Source: an uncultured virus (IMG/VR IMGVR_UViG_3300028630_000295) (lineage: Duplodnaviria > Heunggongvirae > Uroviricota > Caudoviricetes). Taken from it: a stretch of DNA of 64,000 nucleotides. The notes under the pieces were generated by a model. That model searched no databases, had not been told where the DNA came from, and saw only the letters and a list, made by a program, of their open reading frames with translations. Within the stretch, counting starts at the first letter, position 1. Every line of letters starts with the position of its first letter. Made by a program: the position numbers and the translations under genes. Positions 18,981 to 29,505 of the stretch are shown here, one piece after another. The DNA lies in IMG/VR virus record IMGVR_UViG_3300028630_000295; one strand, 5' to 3'.

Positions 18981-20423
18981 ATGGAATTTGTATTAGATCA
19001 AAAAGTGTGTACTATTAACTTTGATGAAAAAAACTCTATTATTCTAGATCTAATTCCATCATCTGTAACTAACAAATTTTTTATTATTACTGGATTTATT
19101 GAAAAATTATCAGCCCATTTTGGAAAAGATTTTGATAAATGGTTCAAGAAATTTTTAACTGACTATAATAAAAAAGTAGAAGGAAGATATGATGTAGTAA
19201 TAAAGAATATTCCAAAAATTAGATATTATGTTGATAAATATATTGAAGATAATAAGGTTGATTTTAACCAATTTGTAGACGAGAGTAAAGCTAAAAAAAC
19301 AAGTATTCTGTTTTCAGCAGATGAAATTGAAAAGATTGCTAAAATTTCTAACTACATGAAAATATACTCAATTATTTCAAATAGTGAAAATTTAAAGTTG
19401 GATCAGAGACTACATAGAAAAGCATATAATGAAATTATATCATCTGTTTCAAACTCTGATATCGTTTATAAAATTTTCAATGTTATTAAAACTAAAACGT
19501 TTAGATATAATCTTACTGATAAATATATGTGGGATTATATCAGAATGATTCAATGCAAGACAATTGATGTTCATGTTATTGAAATCTTTAATTTTATTAT
19601 GAATAGTATTTTAGTTCTTTGTGAAGATAATAGAAACCCAATAACTTATTTTGTTAGTGTAGTTGAAGAATCTATTAAATGGTTTTTGAGATCTGTATAT
19701 AAGAGATCTATTATTTATGATGACACAGTTTCTACTGAAGATTTGCATGGCCCAAATGTAGATAATCTAAAAACATATTCTTATAATGATACTATTGGAA
19801 GGTTAAAAGATATAGCATTGGGACAAATGCAAAATCATGTAGAAAGACCATTAATTTTATTGTTTGAAAGAGAAAGTGAATCAAATAGATCGTTAATTGA
19901 ATTTCACGAAAGACTTGGTTCTGTTAATAATATTTCTCCATTATGCGAATGTTTGGTTTATCCAATTTTGTCAGCAATAACCGGAGTTCCATATAATCAT
20001 TTCAAAACTGTTTCTGCTGAACACTCTGTTCTTTTATCTTTCTATGTTCAAGGTTTAATGAAGAAGGTATTTAAAAATGATTATAAAAATATAGTTTCTT
20101 TGCTGAATTATAGTACTGATAGCCAACCAGCTTTAGTAACTACATATAAGATGAAAGCTATTCATGATTATCTAAATATTACTAATGAACTCAAAAATTT
20201 CTATGGATTTAATACTAAAATTATTCCTCATAAGATAATTAGTTATTTTATTGGTAGAATCTCAAGAGTTAAATTTGTTGATATTTTTAATGGAAAGGAG
20301 CTATCTGGTATTCCCCTTAGTAAAATAGAGCAAGAGATGATTCAGTTCTATACTTCCTTGTTTGCGGGTAAATTTAATGATGAATTTGACAAAATGAGAA
20401 AAATAATGAATAGTGATTTTTAA
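18981..20423 (+). CDS. Probable sigma-like promoter-specificity subunit of non-virion RNAP (AR9 gp226 / phiKZ gp68-like)
   Basis: 480 aa, helical; segments KIFNVIKTKTFRYNLTDKYMWDYI and NPITYFVSVVEESIKWFL resemble my recollection of AR9 gp226; close to RNAP genes. Confidence 0.55.
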   Translation: MEFVLDQKVCTINFDEKNSIILDLIPSSVTNKFFIITGFIEKLSAHFGKDFDKWFKKFLTDYNKKVEGRYDVVIKNIPKIRYYVDKYIEDNKVDFNQFVDESKAKKTSILFSADEIEKIAKISNYMKIYSIISNSENLKLDQRLHRKAYNEIISSVSNSDIVYKIFNVIKTKTFRYNLTDKYMWDYIRMIQCKTIDVHVIEIFNFIMNSILVLCEDNRNPITYFVSVVEESIKWFLRSVYKRSIIYDDTVSTEDLHGPNVDNLKTYSYNDTIGRLKDIALGQMQNHVERPLILLFERESESNRSLIEFHERLGSVNNISPLCECLVYPILSAITGVPYNHFKTVSAEHSVLLSFYVQGLMKKVFKNDYKNIVSLLNYSTDSQPALVTTYKMKAIHDYLNITNELKNFYGFNTKIIPHKIISYFIGRISRVKFVDIFNGKELSGIPLSKIEQEMIQFYTSLFAGKFNDEFDKMRKIMNSDF

Positions 20424-20488
20424 ATAGTAATCTCTATCTATTCTTAGAACAAATTATAAATAATATGAATCCTTCGGAGGATTTTAAC

Positions 20489-20932
20489 ATGAAGAAAGAC
20501 ACAAAGTACTTGCAAGAATTGTTAACTAGAATTTCTTCTTATCTTGATCCAACTGAGTCAGATGACCAAATGAAGTGGTTACACAACAAAAAGTTGGTTG
20601 AAAGATTATATGGTGAAAAACCAGAATGTTTTGTTGCGATTAAAGATAGAGGACAGGATATTTCTACTATTCTTCCTGTTTGTAATAGGGCTGGAATGCA
20701 AGATCCAAGAATCATTCAGTTTTCTATTAAGTTAGCTAAAAAAATGGGAGCTGATGATAAAGTTGGTCTAGTCGATCCTGCTAGCCTTAGTGAGGCAGTT
20801 GAAGAATTAGAAAAACTAAAAGAAAAAGTTAAAAAGAAAAAAGCTACACCCAAAGGTGCTGCACTAAAAGCTAATTCAACAAAGGGTATTAATAAGATTA
20901 AGGATCATCTAAAACGAGTTAGAGGAAAGTAA
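20489..20932 (+). CDS. Hypothetical basic protein preceding beta'
   Basis: Start reassigned to ATG 20489 after GGAGG; downstream of a GAACAAAT motif. Confidence 0.6.
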   Translation: MKKDTKYLQELLTRISSYLDPTESDDQMKWLHNKKLVERLYGEKPECFVAIKDRGQDISTILPVCNRAGMQDPRIIQFSIKLAKKMGADDKVGLVDPASLSEAVEELEKLKEKVKKKKATPKGAALKANSTKGINKIKDHLKRVRGK

Positions 20933-20934
20933 GG

Positions 20935-23900
20935 ATGTTAAAATTCCTTGATGTTGATAAGTTTTGTAAAAAATTGTCTCCCGTTTCTTCGTCTGATTAT
21001 TATACGAGAACGGGAGACTTTCATAGGGAAGGATTGTTTTCTGAACAGATTTTTGGACCTGTTGGTTCATTAGATAGAAGGAAAACATATTCATATATAA
21101 ACTTAAACTCTAAAGTTATTCACCCAACGGCTTTAAAACTATTAACACAACTAGATAGAAAAATTGAAAAATTTATATCTACAGAAGATACGTTTATTGT
21201 AACAAAGGACGGAAGGTTGGAACAATCTGATGAAGGTGTAACAGGAATTTTAAACTTTATTAAACTCTTTCCAAAAATTAAATTTAGGGGAGAAACAAAA
21301 GATAGGGAAAGATTTATAATTGTTTTAAATACTTCATTTAAAGCTGGAACTTTGTTTATAAATAAAATTCCTGTAATTCCTCCAGACCATAGACCAATTT
21401 TTAAAGATGAGCATGGAAACCCAGTAGTTGATAGTTTGAATGATTATTATCTTACTGTTCTTAGAAGATCTTTCTCAATGAGAAGCGCTGGGGCTGGTCC
21501 GCTGTATGATTTGTTAAACTATGGAATGCAAAAAGCTATTGTAGATTTGGATGAGTTTATTAAATCCAAAATTGGTAAAAAGGCTGGTCTTATTAGAAGC
21601 CAAATTCTTGGGAAGAGAACTGACTTTTCTGGAAGAGCTGTTATTACCCCAGGTCCACAACTTAAAGTAAATGAAATTGGTATTCCATTGAAACTAGCAG
21701 TTAGTTTATTTGAACCGTTTATAATACATACTCTTTTATATTCTGGAAGACCAAAAGATGAGTTAGAAAAAGAAATTAAAGGATATCTTAATACTGACTT
21801 ATCTGTTGACTCTGTAAAAAGGGTTATAAAAGCAATTAAATCTGGTGATGTAATTCCAAAGAGACTATACGAGTTATTTTGGGAAGCGACAGAAGCATGC
21901 ATTAAAGGAAGAATAGTTTTGGCAAAGAGAGATCCAGTATTGCATGCTGAATCAGTCAGAGCTTATATTCCAATATTAGTTGATGGAAACACTATTCAAC
22001 TTTGCACATTACAAGTTGGTGGTCATGGAGCAGACTTTGATGGTGATACAATGGCTGTATATCATCCAGTTACAGATGAGGCTCAAGAAGAAGCAAAAAG
22101 AAAGATGCTTAGATTAGTTTCGGGAAGTTCATCTAAAGCTCTTACATTTTCACTTGGAAAAGAGATGTATGTAGGTTTATATCTGATGACAAAAGATGTG
22201 ACGCCAAAAAACTCACCACTTTCTATAACAGAAGATGATATAATCAAAGCTACAAATCCATATGTTGCCGTCAAATTTAGAAATAAAAATACAACAATGG
22301 GAAAAGCAATATTCAATTATTGCTTACCAAAAGATTATCCATTTATTGATAAACAAGTGACATCTGGAGATGTTAACTCTATCATTTTAGATATTGTAGA
22401 ATCATATGGAGATGAAATAGCAATCGAATCATCATCCAGACTGGAAAAATTTGGATTTAAGTTTGCTACTCTTACGGCTCCTTCGTTTACATTCGACCAG
22501 ATTAAGATTCCACCTGAGATTTATAAACTCAAGCAAAAACTAGATAAAGCAACTACAGAGGAAGCTATTGAAATAGTTGCTGAAATGAGAAAAATAATGA
22601 TTAAGAGTATGAAAGATACTGGTGTATATGATCTAGTTGAATCTGGAGCAGGAAAAGGATGGGATCAACCAATGCAGATTTTAGCTGCAAAGGGTATTAT
22701 TGCAGATCCAAAAGGAAATATTCTTCCTCCTATTAAAGGTTCATTTATGGATGGACTAACTCCAAAAGAATATTTTGAAGCATCTTCTGGAGCTAGAAAA
22801 GGTATTATTGATAGAGTTTTGAATACTGCAGATACAGGATATATGTCCAGACAGTTTGTATTCTTACTAAACACTGTTGAAGCTAGCCCATCTTTAAATG
22901 ACTGTGGAACACAAAGAGTACTTCAACTAAAATTAGATAATGATATAGCATCTAGATTAACAGGAAGATTTATTGTTAAAGGTGCTGGTATACAAGAATT
23001 TAAGAAAGAGAAGTTTAGTACAGGAGATATTATTCATTTAAGAAGTCCAATTTACTGTAAAAGTAAAAAGATATGTCACACGTGTTATGGAAAATTGTTA
23101 GCTAGACATAGAACTCCATATGTTGGTGTTTTAGCAGCTCAAATAATTGGTGAACGTGGAACACAAATGATTATGAGAACTTTCCATACAGGTGGTGCAA
23201 TCAAAATTGCTGTAAGAGAGATTATTCAAGATATAGTAGAAAATGATCCTGTTGTAACTTCTGACAAGTTGAGAGGATATTTGAAACAAGAGAAGAATAC
23301 CCTATATTGTTTAAAGGATTGTAAAATTACAATAGATTTGTCAGACTATGTTATGGGAGATAATATTGAAATAGATGAAGATGAAAATAAAATTGATGTT
23401 CGTGGTTTGATGTGTCAGATTGAGTTTGAAGATTTAATATTCAATATAATTTTAGACTATGGACTTGAAATAAATTATAGAGATATTGAATATATCAAAA
23501 AAGAAAAAATAACGTTATTCTTTAAAGCAGATGATCCATTATTTGAAGTCTCTCTTGAAAGACAAGAATTAAAAGAGCAAGTATTATATGTTCAAAGGCT
23601 TCTAGCTGGAAGAGAAATTTTCAGAGATGTAGATCATCTTCTTATGAAACTTCTAAAAATATATGGACCACTTTCAAAAATGGATCTTGTTCATTTAGAG
23701 ATTTTATTGAGTCAATGTTTGAGAGATAGAGCAAATCCAGCAAATCCTGCTAGACTTGGTAAGACATGGGATCCAGTTATGGTTAACATCAAGAAGAATA
23801 TTTTTAATACTTCCTTTGTTCAGGGATTAGCATTTGAAAATGTTGGATTAGCAATCAAGACGGGATTAATATCAGAGGAAGTTCCTGACCAATCAATAAT

Positions 23901-23961
23901 TGAAAGAATTTTAACAGGTGAACTCGTTCCTAAGAAAGAAAGGGAGGATTATTATAGATAA
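20935..23961 (+). CDS. Multisubunit RNA polymerase beta'-like subunit, copy 1 (unsplit, no N-terminal Zn finger)
   Basis: GLFSEQIFG, IPVIPPDHRP, LGKRTDFSGRAVI, RDPVLH, GADFDGD, GARKGIIDRVLNTADTGY, AAQIIGERGTQMIMRTFHTGG. Confidence 0.95.
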   Translation: MLKFLDVDKFCKKLSPVSSSDYYTRTGDFHREGLFSEQIFGPVGSLDRRKTYSYINLNSKVIHPTALKLLTQLDRKIEKFISTEDTFIVTKDGRLEQSDEGVTGILNFIKLFPKIKFRGETKDRERFIIVLNTSFKAGTLFINKIPVIPPDHRPIFKDEHGNPVVDSLNDYYLTVLRRSFSMRSAGAGPLYDLLNYGMQKAIVDLDEFIKSKIGKKAGLIRSQILGKRTDFSGRAVITPGPQLKVNEIGIPLKLAVSLFEPFIIHTLLYSGRPKDELEKEIKGYLNTDLSVDSVKRVIKAIKSGDVIPKRLYELFWEATEACIKGRIVLAKRDPVLHAESVRAYIPILVDGNTIQLCTLQVGGHGADFDGDTMAVYHPVTDEAQEEAKRKMLRLVSGSSSKALTFSLGKEMYVGLYLMTKDVTPKNSPLSITEDDIIKATNPYVAVKFRNKNTTMGKAIFNYCLPKDYPFIDKQVTSGDVNSIILDIVESYGDEIAIESSSRLEKFGFKFATLTAPSFTFDQIKIPPEIYKLKQKLDKATTEEAIEIVAEMRKIMIKSMKDTGVYDLVESGAGKGWDQPMQILAAKGIIADPKGNILPPIKGSFMDGLTPKEYFEASSGARKGIIDRVLNTADTGYMSRQFVFLLNTVEASPSLNDCGTQRVLQLKLDNDIASRLTGRFIVKGAGIQEFKKEKFSTGDIIHLRSPIYCKSKKICHTCYGKLLARHRTPYVGVLAAQIIGERGTQMIMRTFHTGGAIKIAVREIIQDIVENDPVVTSDKLRGYLKQEKNTLYCLKDCKITIDLSDYVMGDNIEIDEDENKIDVRGLMCQIEFEDLIFNIILDYGLEINYRDIEYIKKEKITLFFKADDPLFEVSLERQELKEQVLYVQRLLAGREIFRDVDHLLMKLLKIYGPLSKMDLVHLEILLSQCLRDRANPANPARLGKTWDPVMVNIKKNIFNTSFVQGLAFENVGLAIKTGLISEEVPDQSIIERILTGELVPKKEREDYYR

Positions 23962-26900
23962 TGATAAGATACTCGTCTCTAAGATTATATAATCATGTTG
24001 TTGATGGATTGAGATTTCCTCCGACAAAAGATACTAAATATTTGATAACATACTTTTCTGAGAACTCTAGTTTTTTACAGGATTTTCATAGATTAAACAT
24101 ACGACTAGTTGATATTAGAATTGTTGTTATTCCTTATACGAAATATCCTCTAACTAAACTAACAACAGGTTTGAGGAAAGAATATAGAAAAATGGGAATG
24201 TTCTCATTCCAAAGTAATCAGCCTGTTCCATTTAGAAATGCTTATTATGATTTATCAAATTATTTTACTGCCGTAGATGACTTATGGAAGCCTGCAAACT
24301 ATAGAATGAGAGTTGGTCATATAGTTAAGAATGCTACAGAAGCATCTGTCGTTGGTTTTGAAGATTATCATAAGATTCTTTTTTATTCTGTAGATTTGAC
24401 TAAACCATTCGATAAAAACTATATAAATAGAAAGTTTTATCCAATTCTCTCAGCATTAAAAGATGGTGAGTTCCCATTTGATGATTTAGTTTTAGTAACA
24501 ATTGGTCCATCTGGAAGTAGATATAGACTATTAGTTAAAGATAGACAATATGTATTTGCAAGAGTTTGGAATTATGTTAAAGCAATTAAATTTCAACAGA
24601 TTGAAGATGGTGAAGTTTCTGATGAAGAAGTTGAAGATGCTTCTAACGATGTAGTTGATAAGGTTTCAACTATAGTTAATCCAGAGACCAAAGAGAAGGT
24701 TAGATCTGCTGTTTCCTCTTATTTAAAGAAGAGTCCAGAAGAAGCAGATAAAATAACGGATAAGAAGATTGATAATGATGATGCTGCAAAGATTGCTGCT
24801 AAAGCAATTTTATATAAAGCTACAGGAAGTTTTGTAAAATCTAAAGTTGCTGTTGATAAACTACCAAAAGATAAATCAACTAATGCATTGAAAGTTGTTG
24901 ATAAGAACTTTACAGATCAAATTTTAGATAAACAAAAAGCTGTTACAACATCAGCAAATAATATTACTAAATCATCAAATATTCCTACAGCAGTAGATCA
25001 AAAAAATCCGTCACATTTATTTCAGAAAAGACAAATAGACTTCCAAAAGAATTTGGAAAAGGATATAACAAACTCATTCTCTGTATTAGAGAGAAAAGAA
25101 GTTCCATTAAGAATAGAAAAAATTGAGATTGTTACTAAGGGACAAAGAAAGGGTGAAATTGATAAATCTGATATAAGTACTGTTAACGTAGTTCTCCGGG
25201 ACCAATGGAAAAAATCCCACAGAATCCATATTGATCTTCCAAAAATTGATCCAAGTTCTGGAACGTTCAGAGTTAATGGAAGAACTAAATGTCTTATTAA
25301 TCAGATAGTTCTCTGTCCAATTACATTTCCTAAAAAATATGAGTCAAAGTTTGAGAGCTCATATGCAATCTTTAGAATCTATAGTAAAAGGACCGCCAGA
25401 CACAATTATTTAGAAGCATACATAGCTTCTCACAGGCTCCCTCTCCTTATCCTAATGGCATATAGTTTTGGGTTTGAGGACACCCTAAAACGGTTTGGGA
25501 TAGGATATCAATTGACAACAGCTCGTCCATCTAAAGATGACTTTTATTATAAGTTCTTATCTGGAAACTACATTGTCTTTGAAAATGTAAATACTGAACT
25601 TAAGTTAGAACTAGTAAAGTCATTTTTGTTAGCTAATGTGTCAAAGTATAATGTTCAAAAAGAGTTTGGGAGTAAGGAATATTTTAATGATCTAATTATT
25701 GAAATGACAGGGAAGAGAAATTCCACATATTTGATTAATCAGAACCTTGAGAATATAGTTGATCCTGTTGCCAGGCAAGTTCTATTAAATCAGCATTTAC
25801 CAACTGAACTAGAAACTATTATGTTCTATATGGCAAGTAAGGTAGTTACTGGATTTGTACAGGATAGAAATGATATAGCAAACCAGAGAATCAGGGGTTC
25901 AGAAGTTTTAGTTCATTTAATGCAAAAACAAATTCTTGCAGCTTATACTGTATATAAAGAGCAAGTTCTTGCTGGAAACAAAGATGCTAAATTTGAGATT
26001 CCTCAACATAAACTTATAAGTGATTTTGTCAGATCAGAAATTGTAACAGATATGGAATATGCTAATCCAATTGAAGAAATGGCAGTTATGACAAGAATTT
26101 CTCCTGTTGGAAAAGCTATTGGTGGAATTCCAGATAAGCAAGCAATTCAAACTGTTGCAAGAAATGTACACCCATCTTATTTTGGAAATATAGATCCATT
26201 AGATACACCAGAAGGTGGAAATATTGGTGTTGTTCAACAACTAGCAATAGATGCAATGATAACTTCTGCTAGGGGATTATTTCAAACAAAACCAATAACT
26301 AATAAAGAAGGTGGGGGAATGTTATCAACGTCTGCTTCTATGATTCCCTTTGTTGAAAATAATGAAGGTGCAAGAATCATGATGGCAGCAAACCAATCAA
26401 GGCAGATGTTACCACTTAAGAATCCAGAAGCCCCTGTAATTCAGTCTGGATATGAATCAATACTAACTGGAGTTCTTTCAGATAATTTTATAAAAAGATC
26501 TCCATGTGACGGGAGAGTTTTAAATATAACTCAAGATTCAATTTCTATTGTGTGTAATAATAAAAGAAAGATTGATATTGATTTAACACCTGTTCACTTG
26601 AGGTCTGGTATTGGTAAAGATACTTTAAGTATTTTTAAACCAAAAGTGGTCAAAGGGCAAGCAGTAAAAACAGGGCAAATAATTGCTGAAGGGAGTTGTA
26701 TTTCTGAAGGAGCAATTTCTCTTGGAAGAACACTATGTACAGCATATATGCCATACAAAGGATATAACTTTGAAGATGGTATAATAATAAGTGATAGTAT
26801 AGTCAAGGAAGAAAAACTAACTTCTCTACATGGAATTGAAGAAGAGATTTTAATATCTGAAGATGATAGAGTTTTATATGTAGTTCCAATGGGATCCAGA

Positions 26901-28055
26901 ACTAACAAAGGTGAACCTTTACTTAGAAAGACTATTGGTGAGTTAGAGCAACTAATTGGATATGATGAAGAAGAAGGTGAAGAAGTAACAGCTGGTCAAT
27001 ATATAAAAAAGAGTCCTGGCGGAGCAGTAGTTGATATTGAAGTATATTCTAATGTTAACATAGATAAATTTCCAACATTAAAAGATTTAGCTATCAGAAC
27101 ACAGAAAAGATATAAAATGCTTCCAGATGAAAAGTTTACTGTCCGAGGAAATATAATTAAGGGAATTCTTATAAAATTTAAAATTGAACAAGAACTTTCT
27201 GTTAGTGTTAGCGATAAATTATGTAATAGATATGGAAATAAAGGTATTGTTTCACTAATTGAAAAAGAAGAAAATATGCCAAGAACTCCGTGGGGAGAAA
27301 GAGTTGAGGTTATTCTTAATCCTCTTGGAATCATTAATAGAATGAATGTTGGTCAACTTTATGAGTTATATTGTGGTTTGATTTCTAGAACACTAGCTGT
27401 AAGAATAGTTGAATATAATAGTCAACCAAAGACAGTACAATTATTGAGGCTTATTCTTCCAAAGTTGGATAACACAGATGGAAAGAAAATAAGCACCGGA
27501 GTAATTTCATATGTGAGTTCTTTATCTCCAGCAGGGTTCAAGAATCTAATTAATCAGATAAAAACATTTAAATTTGTTCCAATTATTATTCCACCATTTA
27601 AATCTCCAAAGTTGGATCAAGTTATGGAATGTTTGAAGATTCTTGGTTTGAAAGCTGGATATAATTTGTATCTGCCAGAATATAATACAAAGACTGACCA
27701 CATAGTTCCTGTTGGTTATACATACCAATCAAAACTTGAACATATAGGTGAGATGAAAATTTATGGACGTTCTACGGGTCCTGTTACAGGTAAAACAGGT
27801 CAGCCCACTGCAGGAAAAAGAAGAGAGGGTGGGCAAAGAATGGGAGAGCAAGATACCTATTCTCTTATTTCGTATAACTGCCCTGCTCTCATTGCTGAAT
27901 TTTTTGGTCCATTGAGTGATGATGCTGTTAGTAAAAATGAGATTATTTCAGATATTATTCAAAGAGGTCATGCTGAGTTTAGAACAGCAAAGGTTTCTCC
28001 TGTAAAAGATTTGCTAACATCTTATTTTATTTCGTTGATGCTTGAAAGGTACTAA
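23961..28055 (+). CDS. Multisubunit RNA polymerase beta-like subunit (unsplit, long N-terminal extension)
   Basis: HPSYFGNIDPLDTPEGGNIG, RIMMAANQSRQ, GYNFEDG, DKLCNRYGNKG, NPLGIINRMNVGQ, KLEH, GGQRMGEQD. Confidence 0.95.
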   Translation: MIRYSSLRLYNHVVDGLRFPPTKDTKYLITYFSENSSFLQDFHRLNIRLVDIRIVVIPYTKYPLTKLTTGLRKEYRKMGMFSFQSNQPVPFRNAYYDLSNYFTAVDDLWKPANYRMRVGHIVKNATEASVVGFEDYHKILFYSVDLTKPFDKNYINRKFYPILSALKDGEFPFDDLVLVTIGPSGSRYRLLVKDRQYVFARVWNYVKAIKFQQIEDGEVSDEEVEDASNDVVDKVSTIVNPETKEKVRSAVSSYLKKSPEEADKITDKKIDNDDAAKIAAKAILYKATGSFVKSKVAVDKLPKDKSTNALKVVDKNFTDQILDKQKAVTTSANNITKSSNIPTAVDQKNPSHLFQKRQIDFQKNLEKDITNSFSVLERKEVPLRIEKIEIVTKGQRKGEIDKSDISTVNVVLRDQWKKSHRIHIDLPKIDPSSGTFRVNGRTKCLINQIVLCPITFPKKYESKFESSYAIFRIYSKRTARHNYLEAYIASHRLPLLILMAYSFGFEDTLKRFGIGYQLTTARPSKDDFYYKFLSGNYIVFENVNTELKLELVKSFLLANVSKYNVQKEFGSKEYFNDLIIEMTGKRNSTYLINQNLENIVDPVARQVLLNQHLPTELETIMFYMASKVVTGFVQDRNDIANQRIRGSEVLVHLMQKQILAAYTVYKEQVLAGNKDAKFEIPQHKLISDFVRSEIVTDMEYANPIEEMAVMTRISPVGKAIGGIPDKQAIQTVARNVHPSYFGNIDPLDTPEGGNIGVVQQLAIDAMITSARGLFQTKPITNKEGGGMLSTSASMIPFVENNEGARIMMAANQSRQMLPLKNPEAPVIQSGYESILTGVLSDNFIKRSPCDGRVLNITQDSISIVCNNKRKIDIDLTPVHLRSGIGKDTLSIFKPKVVKGQAVKTGQIIAEGSCISEGAISLGRTLCTAYMPYKGYNFEDGIIISDSIVKEEKLTSLHGIEEEILISEDDRVLYVVPMGSRTNKGEPLLRKTIGELEQLIGYDEEEGEEVTAGQYIKKSPGGAVVDIEVYSNVNIDKFPTLKDLAIRTQKRYKMLPDEKFTVRGNIIKGILIKFKIEQELSVSVSDKLCNRYGNKGIVSLIEKEENMPRTPWGERVEVILNPLGIINRMNVGQLYELYCGLISRTLAVRIVEYNSQPKTVQLLRLILPKLDNTDGKKISTGVISYVSSLSPAGFKNLINQIKTFKFVPIIIPPFKSPKLDQVMECLKILGLKAGYNLYLPEYNTKTDHIVPVGYTYQSKLEHIGEMKIYGRSTGPVTGKTGQPTAGKRREGGQRMGEQDTYSLISYNCPALIAEFFGPLSDDAVSKNEIISDIIQRGHAEFRTAKVSPVKDLLTSYFISLMLERY

Positions 28056-28650
28056 TATGGAAGAACAAGACAATTTAAAAATACTTCTTGGTTCAGTAGA
28101 TCCATTACCAGAAGTAGATGATGAAGAGAATGATGAAATGGCGGAACAAGCGTTTAAACAGTATGTTATGTTGGAAGTTTTAACAGCTATCGGAGAAGAG
28201 AACTTTAAAGAAATATACTATAATATGATAAATGAGATTAAGCAATATCCAATAGAAGAACAATTTACTTTTTGTAGGGCTATTTTAGCAAGAATAATGC
28301 AAGTCTATAATTTTGAGTTTCCAAGAGAAATAGATCTCTTAACAGCTGGAGCAGTACAACAAATATATATACTTATTGAATTTATAGAATTTAACCATAT
28401 TAATTTTATTTCAGAACTTATGAAACCATATAATTTCGACTTCAGAAAAGGAAATGCTAAAGATTTTATAGAACTAAACTATACAAAAATTGAAGGAGAC
28501 ATTGAAGTAATTTCTAGAAATGTTCCCGAGATAATTTCTGAATTTCTTAGAACATATAATAAAGAAGATTTAATAAATTGGTTAGTGAATAGAATAGAAA
28601 AGTCAAGAATGATAATCCTACTAAAAATGAAAGAAGGAGAATTTGTATGA
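28042..28650 (+). CDS. Hypothetical acidic protein
   Basis: Follows beta; likely start at ATG 28057. Confidence 0.6.
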   Translation: MKGTNMEEQDNLKILLGSVDPLPEVDDEENDEMAEQAFKQYVMLEVLTAIGEENFKEIYYNMINEIKQYPIEEQFTFCRAILARIMQVYNFEFPREIDLLTAGAVQQIYILIEFIEFNHINFISELMKPYNFDFRKGNAKDFIELNYTKIEGDIEVISRNVPEIISEFLRTYNKEDLINWLVNRIEKSRMIILLKMKEGEFV

Positions 28651-28898
28651 GTAAAGTGGTAATTAAGAAAAAGGGAATTACTATTGAAATGGAAAGGTCA
28701 GATTTGGTTATGGTTGACCAGACTGCTGATGGTGTGGTATTTAACTTCAAGTATGGTTTATTCCTGCACTATACTGATAACTTTATGCCAAATGGTGCAA
28801 AGGAACTTATGAAGAATACATCAAATTCATTTCCAAATGCAAAGAAACTAACATTTAACCTAGATAATTACAATAAACCAGTATCTGCTGAGATGTAA
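28647..28898 (+). CDS. Hypothetical small protein
   Basis: AAGGAG RBS; GAACATATAATAAAG motif about 100 nt upstream. Confidence 0.65.
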   Translation: MSKVVIKKKGITIEMERSDLVMVDQTADGVVFNFKYGLFLHYTDNFMPNGAKELMKNTSNSFPNAKKLTFNLDNYNKPVSAEM

Positions 28899-28923
28899 AA
28901 TTTTTATTAGAATTTAAAAGTAT

Positions 28924-28935
28924 CTATATATATAA
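28924..28935 (+). promoter_or_regulatory. CTATATATATAA motif (candidate early phage promoter)
   Basis: Second exact copy, at the start of a long intergenic region. Confidence 0.5.
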
Positions 28936-29138
28936 ATTTATAGAAAGAAGGAAATTATCAACTAAATTTTCAAATATTTCAATTATAAAACAAGTGTAAA
29001 TCAAATGGCCAAGGATAAGTATCTGTTTTCTAAAAAAGACGGATATCTTTATCCTACGTCGTTATATAATAATAATAATAGAAAGGAGGTTATAATTTTT
29101 TGGGGTTTTTCTTCTAATACTGTGTTTGGAAGGGGAAT

Positions 29139-29372
29139 ATGAGAACAGAGAGAGATACCAAATTGAGAAGGAGAACAGAAGAGTTCTTACGAAGTAGTAA
29201 GAGAGATATCATTATTGCATTTGGAATTGTTTGTGGATTTGTTGAATCTTTCACCGAAGAAGTGGATGAAAGAAAAGTCAGAAGAAAGATTGAAGATGCT
29301 ATCCGGAAGGATGACGAGTTACTAAAGGCACTGGCACGGGCTATCAAAAGACTTGAAGCCGACGCAGATTGA
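29139..29372 (+). CDS. Hypothetical small charged protein
   Basis: GGAAGGGG RBS-like sequence; 77 aa. Confidence 0.5.
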   Translation: MRTERDTKLRRRTEEFLRSSKRDIIIAFGIVCGFVESFTEEVDERKVRRKIEDAIRKDDELLKALARAIKRLEADAD

Positions 29373-29429
29373 ATAGAAATATTCATGAAAACAATTGCCT
29401 TCAAAACTAATAAGACTACAGGCATTTAT

Positions 29430-29498
29430 GCTACTAGTATGGTTAGTTTTACTTATTTAGTTACGAAACTAATTAGTAAAGCTAACCATACTAGTAGC
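29430..29498. repeat. Long inverted repeat / hairpin (~30 bp stem)
   Basis: GCTACTAGTATGGTTAG / CTAACCATACTAGTAGC is a perfect 17-bp pair, continued by TTTTACT/AGTAAAG and TTAGTT/AACTAA. Confidence 0.85.
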
Positions 29499-29505
29499 TG
29501 AATCC

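Noticed and set aside
20935..28055. Host chromosomal rpoBC operon
   Set aside because: Order is beta' then beta, the sequences are highly divergent, there are no ribosomal protein genes, and baseplate and neck genes are nearby
29005..29142. 45-codon ORF (MAKDKYLFSKKDGYLYP...) coupled by ATGA to the 29139 gene
   Set aside because: No RBS, runs through a hairpin and a TAA repeat, no recognisable motif; left unannotated though not excluded
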